Below are positions 23,902 to 35,795 of a stretch of DNA of 64,000 nt, in pieces. This DNA is from Hyaloraphidium curvatum SAG 235-1 (taxonomy: Eukaryota > Fungi > Monoblepharomycota). Each line of letters begins with the position of its first letter. The stretch's first letter is position 1. The position numbers and the translations under genes were made by a program. The stretch is taken from positions 754,744 to 818,743 of the forward strand of contig JAIVFI010000010.1 in NCBI GenBank assembly GCA_025558095.1, written 5' to 3'. Under the pieces are notes generated by a model. It saw only the letters and a program-made list of their open reading frames with translations. It was not told the DNA's origin and did no database searches.

Positions 23902-24590
23902 ATGAGCGCTCCGCAGGTACGCTGTGGATTGTTCGACCTTCCCATCGGCGTAGCAACGGACTGACTATGCCCTCGGCACCCGTTCCTGCTTTCTGCAGCC
24001 CGCTGATGGCGACGGGTCCCCGCAGTCCGCCGATTCGTGCGGGCGCCTGCGCAGCAAGACGACGCCCAAAGCAAGGTCTAATGGCAAGACCCCGACAGGC
24101 TCGGGATCCTCCCAGGGCGGCCACTACCCTTTCATTGCCGCGGAGCAGGCCCACCACGCGGCCGCCCGTGCGACTGTTCCGGTGGTCGAAGTGCAAAGCG
24201 GAGGAGCTGTACAAGAGGCCGCTGCTCCCGGGAGGCCCGGTCAGCCCGCAATGAACCCACCGCCGCCGCCGCCGCCCAACCCCCCGGCCGACGAGATCCA
24301 CGAGGAACCACTCCCTCCCTACGCTCCTCCGGCAGCTCCTCTCCCCGGAGTCGAAGCTCCTGTTTCTCAAGCCCAAGTGAGCTCCGGTTTCCTTCGTCCC
24401 ATTTTAGAGCTCGTGCTAATGCCGGAACCATCGACAGGTCGCAGCCCTCACGCAGGAGATGCGCAACCTCACGCGGGTGGTGGAGAGGGTCGACCAGGGT
24501 GTTGGCGAGGTTAGGCAGGAGATGAAGCAGGACATGGCGAGCCTCAAGGCGAGGGTGGAAAGGCTGGAGAGGGAGAGGCAGCAGGGCTGA
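23902..24590 (+). CDS. Pro-rich PPxY plus coiled-coil small protein
   Basis: MSAPQ/PADGD...NPPADEIHEEPLPPYAPP...SQAQ/VAALTQEMRNLTRVVERVDQ...LKARVERLERERQQG; two GT-AG introns give a continuous frame. Confidence 0.7.
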
Positions 24591-24723
24591 GCATGTAGCA
24601 GGCTTCCATAGCTGGCATCATCACCGTCACCATCGATCGGAAGAGCACTAGCAATCTGAATTCACCGCAGTCGCAAATCGGATCGCTCCGCAAGCAGGTG
24701 CATCCTGAACCCGACGGGAACCC

Positions 24724-25819
24724 ATGGCCACGGTCGCCCTGCTGTGCTGTCGGTTCCCGCACCGAATCCTGGATCCCGGCGTCGTTCCGCGTGTTCCCAT
24801 GCTGGCGCCGCTGGCATCACGCTGCTACGGCTGCTGAGCTCGGTTTTCGAGGCAACCTCCTCGGGATCCAAAGCCTCGTTGCGGAGCGAAGGCTGTGCGG
24901 CACAGCACCCTGCCCATAATCCCGTCCCCCCTGCATTGCAGCATTCCGGGTTTCGGGCTCACGCTGCAAAATGTTGCCGCTGAATGCTCTTGTTGGCCTC
25001 CTTCTAGTCTCCATGGCCCCGTGGCCTGCCTCCGCGCAGTCGCTCCAAATCCCGACCCCCATGCCGCGCGGGAACTTCGTCCTCCAGACCACCGCCGCGA
25101 ACGACTGGTGGTGAGCTCCTCCGCCTCGTCCTCGAGCCTCTCTGCCGATGCCGACGCTCCGCTTTCCCGCTGCAGCAAGGCCTTCGTCATCTCCCTGCCC
25201 GCCAACGACACCACACGCCTCGAGCTCACCGTCCAAGGCGGATACGCCCTCGCCCGCGTCACGGAACCCGGCATTGCTTACCCCTCTTCCCACGCATTCG
25301 GTCCCGTGCCGTGCCTGCGCCCGGATTCGGGGGGGAAGAAGGCGGTCGGAAGCAACGTGCCGGTCAACCCAGTCAACGGGTCGGGGGCGCTGAGCCTGGG
25401 TGCGGATCCGTTCCCGGGGAACTGCTATACCGAAGACGCAGCGGTGTTAGTGTTTCTCAGGTGCGCTTGCGGGGCGAAACGGTGGAGAGAAGAGCGACTG
25501 ATGCGATTTTCGCAGCACGTACTGGACGGGGGAGACCTTCATCAACGGGACCGAGGTTCCGGACGCCAACTTCCAGCGGGGGTTGCCGCGCAATATCACG
25601 TTCGTGCTGGAGCCGAGCAGGGTGGCGAACGTCGCCCCGCAGCCGTGCTTGCCGGTGGTGCGGGCCACGGCGACCACGACATCGAGCGCGACCGCGTCAA
25701 CGAGGAGCGCGACGACGAGCTCGACGAGCTCCTCCAGGAGCGGGGCATGTGGGGGGAGGAAAGCGAAGGAGTGGATGGTGGCAGCTGGCGCGGCGCTGGC
25801 TGCCGCTGCAGGTCTCTGA
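24724..25819 (+). CDS. Putative GPI-anchored or cell-surface protein; 5' end uncertain
   Basis: Cys-containing body, intron near 25460-25515, Ser/Thr-rich stalk ATTTSSATASTRSATTSSTSSSRSGA and hydrophobic tail WMVAAGAALAAAAGL. Confidence 0.45.
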
Positions 25820-25895
25820 TCTGGTTCTCGATTGGCGGCAATTGCACAGTTTACATTTCGTACGTTTACATAGCTCGAGCCTCACAGTATAGCAA

Positions 25896-26702
25896 TCACA
25901 GCTTCGCAGGAGGTGGAGCCAGCCAGCCGGATCGCTTTGGTCTCGGCTCCTCCGGCGCCGCCGGGCGCTGCTGCCTGTCTTCCGCTCCTTCGCCGGCTTT
26001 CACTGCTTTCCCCCCTCCCTTCTTTTCGAGCTTTCGCGCCGGCATGCCCACCCACGTCAGCCCCGGCTCGACGATGTCCTTGTGCAGCACCGCGCCCATC
26101 CCCGTCCTGGTCCCCGCCGCGATGCTGATGTGGTCCCTCACGATGGTGCCCAGCCCCAGCACGCAGTCGCTCCCCACTCTGATCGATCCCCCCATCGATA
26201 CCTTGCCGTTGAGCTGCGCGTAATCCTCCAGCACCGTGTCGTGGCCGACGCTCGTCCCGCCGCCGATCCGGCAAAAGTCCCCCACGCGGACGGCGTTCCC
26301 GATGCGGCTGAAGAAGCCGATGAATACGCCGCGGCCGATGGTGGCGCTGCGCGCGACGGCGGCCAGCGGGCTGATGGCGGGGGGAAAGCGGAGCGTCCAG
26401 GGAGAGAGCTCGCGCTCGACCTCGGGGACGAGCTTGTGCAGCACGTCCGGCTCGCCGTGGCACACGAAGACGTCGACAACGGCAGCCGGCGGGTCGAGCT
26501 CTCTGAGGAATTCGCGGACGCCCTCGGCCGAGCGGATGTGGGCGAAGCCAACGAGCGACGGGTGTATCGCCGGCCCGTCGTCCCAGCACACGGCGCGGCC
26601 CGAGGCCACCTCGGCGGGGTATTCGTCCTGCGCAATTTCCCACAGCGTGCCGGCATGCCCGCCGCCGCAGCGGAGCAGCACGGCGCGGGGACGAGCCGCC
26701 AT
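25896..26702 (-). CDS. NeuD/PglD-like sugar acetyltransferase (hexapeptide left-handed beta-helix)
   Basis: GGGHA N-terminal motif, hexapeptide repeats (ISPLAAVARSATIGRGVFIG, VGHDTVLEDY, GMGAVLHKDI) and WVGMPAR; intronless. Confidence 0.85.
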   Translation of the reverse strand: MAARPRAVLLRCGGGHAGTLWEIAQDEYPAEVASGRAVCWDDGPAIHPSLVGFAHIRSAEGVREFLRELDPPAAVVDVFVCHGEPDVLHKLVPEVERELSPWTLRFPPAISPLAAVARSATIGRGVFIGFFSRIGNAVRVGDFCRIGGGTSVGHDTVLEDYAQLNGKVSMGGSIRVGSDCVLGLGTIVRDHISIAAGTRTGMGAVLHKDIVEPGLTWVGMPARKLEKKGGGKAVKAGEGAEDRQQRPAAPEEPRPKRSGWLAPPPAKL

Positions 26703-26822
26703 TGTCGGAAAACGGCCATTCAAAGGGATCGCGACGTTGCCCGAACCACTGAACGGAACCACTGAACCTTCCCGCCGTCGGTCCGTGCGGCCACGCGAAT
26801 CTCCGCCTACTGCCGGCCCGCG

Positions 26823-27143
26823 ATGACCGTCGTCCGCATCTCGAAGGGGCGGTATCCCCCGGCGCTCCATGCCAAGGTCTCCGCCGCCCTTCAGGCGTCG
26901 GGCGACATCCTCATCCCCGCGATCAAAAAGCTCCCCGGATGCCTCTCCTACTACGCCGGCGCCGACGAGGCCAGCGGTACGATGATTAATGCCTCGGTGT
27001 GGGACACGGAGGAGCACGCAAAGGCCATGGCGGGGCTCAAGGAGATGGCGCAGCAGGCGGGCGAGTTTGTCTCCCTCGGCGTCGAGTTCGAGAGGCCGAT
27101 CGTGAACTACGGCGTCATGTGGGATTTGGACGGGCAGAAGTAG
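26823..27143 (+). CDS. Small dimeric alpha-beta barrel (antibiotic-biosynthesis-monooxygenase-like) protein
   Basis: 106 aa, PAIKKLPGCLSYYAG...SVWDTEEHAKAM pattern; intronless; divergent from the NeuD-like gene. Confidence 0.7.
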   Translation: MTVVRISKGRYPPALHAKVSAALQASGDILIPAIKKLPGCLSYYAGADEASGTMINASVWDTEEHAKAMAGLKEMAQQAGEFVSLGVEFERPIVNYGVMWDLDGQK

Positions 27144-27776
27144 GCGGTGCGGTGGCGGGGCGGAGGATGTTGCAGGGCGGCGGGTTGGACGGGCTGGCGT
27201 CTCCCGCGTCTCCCGCGCCTCCAGTGCCTCCCGCGGCGCAGTTCGACGCGTTCTATGACATGTGGATGAACAGTTTGACGCGAATCATGGACGGAAATTA
27301 CTTTGGATGGCGCGAAATATACCGTCTTGGACTGGGTGCCGTCTTCGCTTCGATTCGGGCCTGAACCTGAAGGGAGACTTCCACTTTCAGATATGTCCTC
27401 TGCAGCGCAACCGTCCTCCGTCCTTGGCATTGTAGCAATAGGCCCCCGATTGCGCCACCGTTGGTCGACGGGAGCTAAATGTTCGAGAGCGTTGGTCGGG
27501 CCGGGGCAAGAGCGGACCGGAGATCCAAACACGCTAGCTCCCTGGCCCCACGGATTTCGCATGGAACTCCCCGACGCGCTCGGAACTACTTTACTTCGAA
27601 TGAGCGGATTGCGAACCTGCACCTGCGGGACGCAGCCCGTCCGGGGCGTGCGGGGATCCCTCGCGGATCCCTACGGGTGGCGCGTTGGGACGCACGTCCG
27701 TCCCGATTCCCTCACGGCCGCGCCGGTTTTCACTTCCCCCTGCTCCACGCCGCACCTCCTCCGGTGCCACTCGCCG

Positions 27777-28850
27777 ATGAGGACACCTACCGTTGCCGCC
27801 CTCGCCCTCGCGGCCGCCGCGCTGCTCGCCCTCCCCGACGACGCGGCGGCGCAGTGGTTCATCCACGCCCGCCTGGATTTCCTCGGCACTTCGACGTGCC
27901 CCTCGAGTACGTCCACCTCCGCGCCCCGCATCGGATCGCCGCCTGACCCGACCCGCCCCCTCCGCGCAGCGCTGGCCGGCTTCCGCCCCCTCGGCGCCTT
28001 CTTCAGCTTCAAGTACGCCCACGTCCGCGACGGCCCGCCCGACGCATGCGATTCCTCGTCCGCCCCGTCGCTTTCGCAGGCAAAGTGCGAGAGCGACGGG
28101 GAGGATGCGGTGGTGGAGTGGTGCGCCCTTGTCTCGGCGATCCAGGTGGACGGGATGGTGGGGTGGGGTTTTCCCAGCAGGCCTGCATCGGCCCGTGGGT
28201 GGATCGCAGCGCGCCGGTCCCGCATCCGGGCTAACCGACCCGCCCCGCCGCAAGCCAACCTGCTCGTGCGGAGCACCTACAGGTACCCCAACATCCAACC
28301 CGCCCCCGAGCTCCGCCGCGGCTGCGCCGCCTTCGGCACCCCCATGACCCCCGTCGTGCCCTCCTCGAGGACCCTGGATTGCGGGGAGTGACCCGAGGGG
28401 ACGGGGAGGGCGGAGTGCTTGGACGTGGTGGATGAGGAGGATGTGGATGCGTCGGTGTCGCTGGATGCGTGCGGCGCGTTGGGTGGGTTGCCGGAAGCGG
28501 CGCGTGTGCGCGGCGGGAGGGGCTGATGTTTGCCAGGCGCAGGGACCCATCCGCGGCTGGTTCGGGCGGCCAAGCGGACGACGACGAAGCGCAGGGCCAC
28601 GTCGTCGAGGAAAAAGACGACTTCGGCGAGGAAGAAGACCACGTCTGCGAAGAAGAAGACGACGAAGAAGGGCGCAAACCGACGACAACACCGAGCAAGG
28701 CGTGATCGGGACGGACGTCGCGCCAGGGGCCGATGGCAGTGTTCACCGCCCGAATCGCATCTGCAGCTTGGGATGGAACTTTTGAGCAGCTTCCGAGGGA
28801 CGACCAGTGCGGACACGAGTTGCCCGGCGGGATTCGGAGCGTTCGTTTGA
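27777..28850 (+). pseudogene. Secreted Cys-rich protein with K/T-rich tail, interrupted by in-frame TGA at 28389-28391
   Basis: Signal peptide MRTPTVAALALAAAALLAL; GC3-rich frame continues past the TGA (CGE*PEGTGRAECLD) through intron 28483-28536 into KRTTTKRR...KKTTSAKKKTTKK. Confidence 0.55.
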
Positions 28851-29100
28851 TGCCCGTCCCCACTGCTTTCCATGTCCCCCTCCCTCGGGCGAAGCTGCCG
28901 CGATCCCCCCCTGCCCCGATCCCCATCCAAGGGATCGGAAAAGGGAAAATCCGTCCCAACGACTGGAAAGGCCCGAATGTCCTCCACAACGACGGCCACG
29001 CGGGAGGGGTGCGCGGCTTCTGGTCCTGCGCGGCGGCGAAGAAGCCGCGGCGACCGCCAGCTCGCCCGACGAGTCACGCACAGCACCTTCTCTCGACACC

Positions 29101-29831
29101 ATGGAGCCGCCCAAAGAGCCGCCGCAGCCGATGCCGCAGGTTCCCGCGAAGCAAGTCTCTGTCGAGGGTGGGATCACCGTCATCCCCGCCGAGGACTCCG
29201 GCTCGGAGGGGTCGGGGGACGACGACCCGCCGCGGGACGGAGTGCTGCCGGTCCCCGTGGTCACGGCACCGGGAAACGCCGGCGGCGGAAACCAAGGAAA
29301 CCAAGGCGAGCCTTGATCTCGCCTTTGTGGCCGAGCTGCCTCGTCCCCGACAGCAGTTCCGTTCAGCCGCAGGAGGAGGTTCGCCCGCACGAAGATTCGT
29401 TGCCGCCAGACGCGAACCATGCACTTCTCGCCCCTAACACCGCGTTGGCGTGCTCCAACAGGGAGCGGGTGGGGCCGGCCGCGGCATCCATCGGCACGGC
29501 ACGGGCGCTGACGTGTCCCCTGCCTGATTCTGAGTCTTGAAACCTCCCTCCCGCTCATCCTTCAACGTCTCAGCGTCGTCGAGACCTACGGACCCCGGAT
29601 CGAACGCCTCGAGAACGAGTTCCACGCATTCAGGACCAGCCAGGAGACAGCAGTGGAGGAGGTGGGATGCGCCAGTCGCGACCGGCGGGGCTCTCGCTGA
29701 TTGTCTTCCTCCGACAGATCAGGGTCAGATTGGGTCGCCTGGAAGGCAGGATGGACGCCGTGGAAGGAAAGCTGGACGCCGTGGAAAGAAAGCTGGACGA
29801 GGTGCTGGAGCTTTTGAAGGCGTCGCGCTGA
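29101..29831 (+). CDS. Hypothetical Pro-rich protein with C-terminal coiled coil, distantly like the 19157/23902 pair
   Basis: MEPPKEPPQP..., EVRPHEDSLPP, C-terminal SLEGRMDAVEGKLDAVERKLDEVLELLK; splice structure not resolved. Confidence 0.4.
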
Positions 29832-31124
29832 ATCTGAATAGATCATGACCGCATTCTTTGGAGCCGTCGGTGCCGCGCGAAGTCCACTCGGCTCGGCGCA
29901 AGTTGACTTGCGTGAGTGAGGCTATTCCTAATGTATACCCGGCACCAAACTTCGCTGAGAGAAAATGCCTGTTGGATAAATAAATGCTGAGCGGCAATAT
30001 TGGTGGTGCTCATTGGCTGCTCCGGTGCGCGGTCCGTCGCGATGTAGCCTGCTTCCGCGGGGGCGTCCGGCCGTTTCGCCGCCGGGGAGGATGGAAGTTC
30101 GTGGACGGCAATTCTCTCCGCCGTTCCAAAGCCGTGCACCGCGCGAATCCTCGTTGGAGACGGATCAATAGGCATTGCTGCAGACCCCGAAACGGGAGGT
30201 AGTAGAATGTGCAGGGAGTTGCTGATGCGGCGGGGCGATGCGAGCAAGTCGCGCGGGCGACATTTGCTTCGGGAGACAACTCGGGGCATTCCGCTTGGCT
30301 GGGGTCAGATGTGCTCCGAATCGACCGAATGGGTGAATCTAGATCGAACGGGATGCAATTCGCACAACTACAGTAGTCCGCGTGCGTGGGGAGCAACGGA
30401 GTCGTCGACCCCCTGCAACGTCACATGTCCAGTCCCTGACTCGGTCCGCATCGAAACCATCGAGCGGAACCCGTCATGCAGTGCTTTGGGACGCTCATCA
30501 GGCGTTCTGATGAACGGGAGAGTAACTCCATCATTCGATTAGGATCAGGCAGTGAGACACTGGTAACAGGTCAAGTCAACGCGCCACTTCTTCCACAGCG
30601 AGCAAACCGCGGAATGAAGTCATTCTCCTTCCGATCGAGCAATTAGGTGGATCTATTGCAATATGTCGGAATTCGCAGCCGCTGCGTCCAACGATGCGTG
30701 GGGAAAACCTGGACCTGTCGGAACAGAAGTAGTCGGCCACGCATCAAGCTACCGCGACCACCAACCAGTCACGGCAACGACAGATCAATCCATCATCGAT
30801 CTCCTTCCTTCTTTTCAAAGACTACGACGGGCGCGCGCGCGCGCCGCGCAGCCCAATCACTAGTGCGTCCGACGCGGAGTCCGAGCCGCCGCCGGCCCCG
30901 GCCCGGTTCTCCCCTACCCCGCAGGCAAACGAATCCCGCGGGATTCCTCTCCATCCTCGCTCGTCGATGAAAAATCATGCGCGCCCGATGGCCTTCCGAG
31001 CTGCAGCATTTCCCCCAGTCCGCCGGGCGTGCGCCGCTACGCCGACTTTGCTGCGGCGGGGACCAAGCCCCGCGCACGCGGTCCCTTCCGCCCGACGGCC
31101 GTCCCCCGGCCGGGCCTCGGGGCG

Positions 31125-33899
31125 ATGCCCGCGCAGAACAGCTCGATATACTACGGCGCATGGGGCAACACGGGCTACCTGGACCCGGCGCGGCCGCCGG
31201 GCGGCGCGGACTTCGGCGGGCCGCTGCCGCCGGGCGACGGCGTGCCGACCGCGCTCCCCCCGCCGGCGCCGCTGCAGCCGGTGCCGTCGGCGTCTCAGCT
31301 GTCGGCCGCCGCGGTGTCGGGCGCGGCAGCGTCGGGCGGGCCGGCAGGTGCGGCGCCCGCGCGGGTCAACTCGCTGCCGCCGGGCGCCGACGCCGAGCTC
31401 GCGAAAAAGTCGGCCGCCGACAGGGGCGACGCGCCGCGCGCAAAGACGAAGCTGCTGTGGGCAGAGGGGCTGCGGGGCGTGGCGGCCGCAATCGTCGTCA
31501 ACCAGGTGGGCCATTCGGGCCCGCGATGGGGCCCGGGTTGACTCCGCCCCCTCGTTCCCCGTTCAGCACTTCGTGACGTCGTTCGCCACCGAGATGAACA
31601 ACGGCTACGGCCCCGGCCCGGCAGAGGACTTTGACGGCGGCCAGGACCACGGCTCGGTGGTCGCCTGGCTATGCTGGCCCTTCCTCCGCGTCATCTACAA
31701 CGGCACCTTCACCGTCTACGTCTTTTTCGTGCTCTCGGGCTTCGTGCTCTCGTACCGCTACCTCTCGCTGGTGCGCGACTCGATCCTGCAGCAATCGCCG
31801 CAGGGCCTGGCCCACGCCGAGCGCACGGTCGGCTCGACCATGCTGCGCCGCTTCCCTCGCCTCTTCATACCCTGCCTCGCCATCGTCCTCATCTCATACA
31901 TGATCCTGGCCCTGGGCGGCTACGATCGCACCCAGGAGGTCGCCGAGATCGCGGGCGGCAACCCCGAGGCGTGGTTCTACCGCGTCGCGCCCAACCGCGA
32001 GACCTCGTCCGAGTTCCTCCGCCTCTTCAGGCAGACCTGGGTCACCATGTGGATCAACAAGGTCAACGACCTGGACTCTTCCATGTGGACCATGGCCTAC
32101 GAGCTCACGGGCTCGGTCTACGCATTCATGGCCGCCCTCGTGATCGGCCGCGCCGCCGGCCTGCGCTTCCCGCCGGGGCTCAACTACGGCGGGCCGCACT
32201 GGATGATGCTCGCCGCGGCGTTCTGGTGCATGTCGCCCGGGATCTACGCCACGTACGCCTACTACTCGTGCTTCTTTTTCGGCATCGCCATCGCGTGGCT
32301 GGACCTCGACCCCGGGGCGATGCCCTGGCGCGCGTCCATACGGATGAAGTTCCCCCTGGACGACCAACGGCCGGCGTGGAAGCAGGGCAACACCTACGTC
32401 CAGGAAATCTTCCCCACCTGCATGTTCATCCTCTCCCTCTGGCTCGCCTCCTTCCCCATGCGCGGCTCCTCGGTCGCCTGGGCCGAGCCCCTCCGCGTGG
32501 TCGCGCAGTTCTTCTACAACCCCGAGGACCCGGAGGAGCTCGTCAAGATGTGGTACCCGCTGGGCGCGGCGCTCATGACGTGGGCCATCGTCGAGAGCAG
32601 GTGGCTGAGGGCGTGCTTCGGGAACGCGGTGGGGGTGTTCCTGGGGCAGATCAGCTTCATGAGCTACCTGATCCACGGGCCGCTGGTGGGTGGCGGGCGG
32701 ACACGGTCGCGAGCTGGTCTTTGACCATGATCCATGCCTTCTCCCCACAGCTCTGGTCGGCCGCGGGTATCATCTTCCTCGACTTCTACAACACGTGGAA
32801 GCTCAACTACAATCTCGCCGTCTTCATCACCTATATCACCTGTGGGTCCGCGTCGTCTTTTTGTGCTTCTCCCGCTCACCCATTTCCGCCAGTCTGGTTC
32901 TACCTCCTCCCCATCTCCTACATCCTCTACTGGGCCGTCGACTACCCCTCGGGCAAGTTCACGCAGTGGATGGAGGAGTACATCTCGGGCGGGGACGGCA
33001 AGCCCCCCAAACCCGCCAAACCCGCCCCCCCCGCGCCGGGCGGCTACGACTCGGCCTCGGCGCGCGCGCTGCCTCCGCCGCCAAACGGCTCCTCCCTCCC
33101 GCAGCCCTACATCGGCCGGGGCGGGCAGATGATGGAGATGCAGAGCATGGATACGCTGCAGGATTCGGTTTCCCTGCAGGGGAGTGACGGGCCCACGCCC
33201 GTCCCGGGGGGCCGCAAGCCGAGCACCCTCGCGTCGAGGGAGGACCTGGTCGGCGCGGGGGGGAGGTACGATATGTCGGGGGGGAGGGCGACGGTGTCGA
33301 CGCAGGCGTCGGGGGCATCGCTACGGCAGCCGTCGTACCCCCTGCAGGCCGCGCCCCCGGCCGTGCCGTCGTCGATCGCGCCGCCGCTGCAGACGGCCTA
33401 CGCGGCCGCGGCGCCGGTGACCTTCGTGACCTACCACGACGTGTCGCCCTCGTCGAGCGACGCGACGGCCAACGCGACGCCCAACCCGCCCGCGGGGCCG
33501 GCGCTGTTCGGGTATTCCCCCAACCAGACGGCTTTCGGCGCGGGGCAGCAGACGGCGCAGGCGTCGCCGTCGGCGCTGCCGGGAGCATCGCTGTACGGGT
33601 ACAACCCCGCAGCGGCGCAGACATCCCCCGCCGCGACGGCGTACGGGTACGCCGCCCCTCCGGCGCAGGCATCCCCCGCCGCGACCGCGTACGGGTACAC
33701 CCCCGCGCAGGCCGCCCAGACCTCGCAGACGCTGCAGGCCTACGACCCCTACGGACGCACTCCCTCGCCGCAGATGTACGGGTACTCGCCCGCCCTCGGC
33801 CCGCAGTTGGGGGCGCCGCCGAGCCCGGGGATGCTGCCGCAGGGGTACCCGAGCACGGCGACGTGGGTGGTGCCAAAGGGGCCGATCGGGTTCGTCTAG
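31125..33899 (+). CDS. Acyltransferase-3 (OafA-like) membrane O-acyltransferase with long low-complexity C-terminus
   Basis: AEGLRGVAA..VV..H, VYVFFVLSGFVLS, RRFPRLFIP, WTMAYE, FLGQISFMSYLIH; three introns. Confidence 0.9.
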
Positions 33900-34171
33900 G
33901 GCCGAAGGCGGGATATGTATGCCCCGTTCTGCGGGGGCGGGGCAGGAAATGGAAGGCTTTGTCGGATTGAGGGTGGGACGGCGCGGTCCGGGTCCGACAC
34001 CGGTGGCAGTCCCTGGGGAGGTGGCCATTGAACCTGGCAACATCGGAGTGACTTGATAGTCTGCTCGCGTCATACAATGCACTACTAGACAGCTTGCACT
34101 CGAAATGCCCTACTTAGATGTACCATCCGCGCAGGAAGGCCATCCGATCCCGGACGCTGCCGCCGGTTGGC

Positions 34172-35023
34172 TCAGCACACGTCCCTCACGCGAAGCTGGT
34201 AGTTCAGGGGCTTGGGATCGCCGGCATAGTTCACACCTCCGGTGATAACCACTGATCGATCGAAGGCGGCGCTGTAGCCGAGGAACTGGGAACCCGTAGG
34301 GCTAGCCGAGGCCAGGACCTCAAAGTCGGAGCCCGAAGCCCCCGAGACGCTGAACCAGTACGACGTCGAAGGCTGGAGCTGCCTTCCACCGAATGCGATG
34401 GAGAACTCTTGGAAGGCCGTGTTCTTGTCGTCCACCTCGACCGGTTGCCACGAGGCGAGGGACGAAGGGAATTCGGGCGAGTCCATGAAGTCGTCGTGGG
34501 CATGGAGCCTGATCGCCACCGTCCCGTTAGGACCGTTGCTGCTCACTCCCCGCAGGTAGAGCCGCAAGGAAGCGAGGGCGAGCTTGCCGGAGGCGGGCGT
34601 TCTGAAGATGTTCGCAACGGCGACCCCGGTCCCGACGCGGAAGACGGTCTCGCTGGCCCCGCTGACGCTAATCGCCACCTCGTCCGGACCGGGGTCGCAG
34701 GCCGCGTCGTACCTGCGTGGCGGTGGTCAGCACCAGCCCCACGGCAACCGCGGCTGACCCGGGCCCACCCACCGTCGGTAGAGAGAGGACAGCCTGCCGT
34801 TGCCCGCATCGTTGCCGTACACCACACAGGCCACCCGGCCTGCCGGCGCACCGTCGTAGCCGAACTCGCAGAAGGCGTCGGAGGGGCAGCTCCCGCACGA
34901 GGCTGCAAAGGTGACGGTGCCCGCCTCGGCGACGGCGAGCTCCCCGCGGCCAGCGAGCGGCGCCGCGAGCGCGGCGGGGATTGAGGCGGCGAGGAGGACG
35001 GGGAGAAGCTTGGTCGGACGCAT
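34172..35023 (-). CDS. Secreted protein with Cys-rich N-terminal part and a beta-sandwich-like domain
   Basis: Signal peptide MRPTKLLPVLLAASIPAALA; CGSCPSDAFC; one intron near 34713-34773; LQPSTSYWFSV. Confidence 0.7.
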
Positions 35024-35795
35024 GGCGGACGGGGGAGCGGAGCGGGACAACGGTGGGGGATTCGGGGGATCGAGGGATCGGGGGTGGCCGCAATGGCATG
35101 GCACCAGCCACTCGTGCCTGGGCGTCCCTAGAGACACTCCGTCGACGGCACGATAGGACTCCGTCCTGCAGGTCGGGGAGTAGGCGTGAAGCTGCTTGCA
35201 GTAGTTGGGATGGCAACGCATTGCTGCTCGAGCTAACGCGGCCGATGTCGCGAGAAAGTCTTCCCCTCGCCTGGCACAGCCAGAACGGCGGCCAGACCGC
35301 AAGTGCGTGTCTGCTACGTGCCCCGTAAGCCCTAAGGCGCCCGAATATGTGTATAGCACCGAGGGGATGCTGTCCGAGCTGAGCAGCTCGGCGAAACGGG
35401 TCGGACATTGCCGAGAAGACCAGCACAGCCACGGCGTCCCGCACTGGACCGCCCTTTACGCGACCCGCCGGTCAGCCCGATCCCGAGCATTATTGCGCGT
35501 ACATTATCGGGACGTGAACAGCAGGTCCAGGGTCGCATACCCAGCGACTGGGCATGGCCCGCATGGAAGCTACAAAGATGTTGGGCGCCGAAGGAAAGGA
35601 AGTCCGCCAACGAAGGTCCCGCGACGCAGCCAGACGCGACACCCGATCGAGGCGACGGCCGATTTGCCATCCTGGATTCCGTGCGTGACACAGCAGGACC
35701 GCTCCCGTCTCTCTACCAGCCCCCCTGCAACGCCCCGGTCCGCTTGCCCGCGAGTAAGCCCGCTGCCCAGCCTCGCCTTGCCCGCCCCGGCGGGA

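Noticed and set aside
28845-28910. SECIS element (TGAT GCCCG ... CGGGC GAA)
   Set aside because: Stem register does not fit the GA quartet and there is no apical AA
29850-30950. ORFs or ncRNA in the lower-GC intergenic stretch
   Set aside because: No codon bias, motifs or convincing structure
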